Source: Felis catus
Lineage: Eukaryota
Length of the DNA stretch: 64,000 nt
NCBI RefSeq assembly: GCF_018350175.1
Contig: NC_058368.1
Coordinates: 48,982,001 to 49,046,000 of the forward strand
Direction of reading: 5' to 3'
Part shown: positions 62,706-64,000 of the stretch, in pieces
How positions within the stretch are numbered: the first letter of the stretch is position 1
Layout of the letters: every line of letters begins with the position of its first letter
Program-made: the position numbers and the translations under genes
The notes under the pieces: generated by a model
Told to the model about the DNA's origin: nothing
Databases searched by the model: none
The model's input: the letters and a program-made list of their open reading frames with translations, nothing else

Positions 62706-64000
62706 ATAAAACAGATGGATACTTTTTTATTGTTTATCCCAGTTTGTGTGCTTTAGCTTTTCAGTGGGATTTCTTCAACTACTGTTCACTCCAACTACTT
62801 TTCACTGGCAGAGGTGATGGGGCCCAGAGAGGCACAATGTGTGTGTCAGTAGAATCACCAGTGAAGAACAGGGCTGGAGTGGAAGGGTCTGTGCCTGAGC
62901 ATACCTCTGCATCGTGTGACGTTGAACAGATGTTTAGTAAAGCCATGGCTAACTACTGTGAGTTACACAGCTCCAAGAAGAAATGCAAAGGGGGTGGAAA
63001 GTGTGTATAAGGAAACCAAAATATGTGATTTCGGTTAAATATTCAATGTTTGGTTATTGTTGAGCGGATGAATCAGTGACTTATAGAAAAAATGACCTGG
63101 AGGGGAAGAATGAGCATCCTGGAAGGTGTATCCAGGCTGTGAACATGACTCATCATATTCTACTTTAAAGCCCAGGTCTGGAAGTGCCTTTTTCGTAGCC
63201 AGTATTGTTCTTGGCAAATGACCAAGTGACCAGCTTAAGTGTAGAAGTAGTAGTTCAGGCTGTTAGCAATTTATATACTCATAATTTCACATGGGTTGCT
63301 TTTAAAAGTAGCTGATAATGTTTCAGACTTTCTACAATTTGACTCCACCTGGCTGCTAAGTAACAAAATTACAAAATGGAAAACAATACATTCAGTTCAC
63401 TTTAACTAGGCAAAAGGGCAAAAAAACCCCCCCAAAAAACCCAACAAAAAAAAACCCTTAACTCCATACTGTTTATTATAACATCTGGAAAATCATGTCA
63501 AATTTTACTATCTTTTATGACATCAAAATGGTGACAGTAAAATGGAGAATGGAGACATTGAAAAGCTTATCTTATTTTGTAATTTGTAAAATAACCAATA
63601 CCCTTATGTCCTTCAGGTATTCAAATTAGAGGTTCTAATCAAATAGAACACATGCTATATCTCTAAGGAGATATAGATCCTATGACTGCATCTATTTTTC
63701 CCATTGTTTTTATGAGATTTGGAAAAATCCTGATGTACCTACAGGTCTTGTTAATGTGACTGTTACTTGGATTAGAAAGAAAACTTGTGATTTATGCTGT
63801 AAGATGCTCTATTGTCATCAATACTGAGGTACTTGCTTACAGCAAATAAACGTGTTGGCAATTGTGGGAAGTTGAATAAATGGTAGCTTCTGCTATTTGA
63901 AAAGTTCACAGTTAAAAGGAGACTTGAGAGAAATAGAAAGATATAAAATATTAATGTAAATTGTTGAACTATCAACTAACGATTATCCTAGAATAGACAG

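Noticed and set aside
1..64000. Assignment of a host gene or chromosomal locus
   Set aside because: No recognisable coding exon; a genome alignment would be needed.

Overview
This 64 kb window is AT-rich, repeat-dense mammalian DNA and very probably felid (cat-family), judging by the many SINEC/CanSINE copies with the Felis-type head 'ggggcgcctgggtggcgcagtcggttaagcgtccgact' and a carnivore-type LINE-1. I recognise no host protein-coding gene, RNA gene or CRISPR array, so the window looks intronic or intergenic. The only real protein-coding sequence belongs to a full-length, young LINE-1 (about 40061-45993, + strand). It has a 15-bp target-site duplication (TSD) and intact EN/RT/CCHC motifs, but carries four disabling lesions. 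The rest is about 21 SINEC copies, truncated young and ancient L1 pieces, MLT1 (MaLR) LTRs, Tigger and hAT-Charlie DNA-transposon relics, MIRs and microsatellites. A few CpG-retaining unique stretches may be enhancers or a lncRNA promoter. I found no convincing new biological system. The most unusual structures are: (1) a 129-bp templated insertion copied from one SINE plus its flank into a neighbouring inverted SINE; (2) one L1-endonuclease site used twice; (3) an ATG-initiated, strong-Kozak antisense ORF in the L1 5'UTR, positioned like primate ORF0; (4) interlocking perfect palindromes. Repeat subfamily names are recalled from consensus sequences rather than taken from a search, and the edges of old repeats are approximate.
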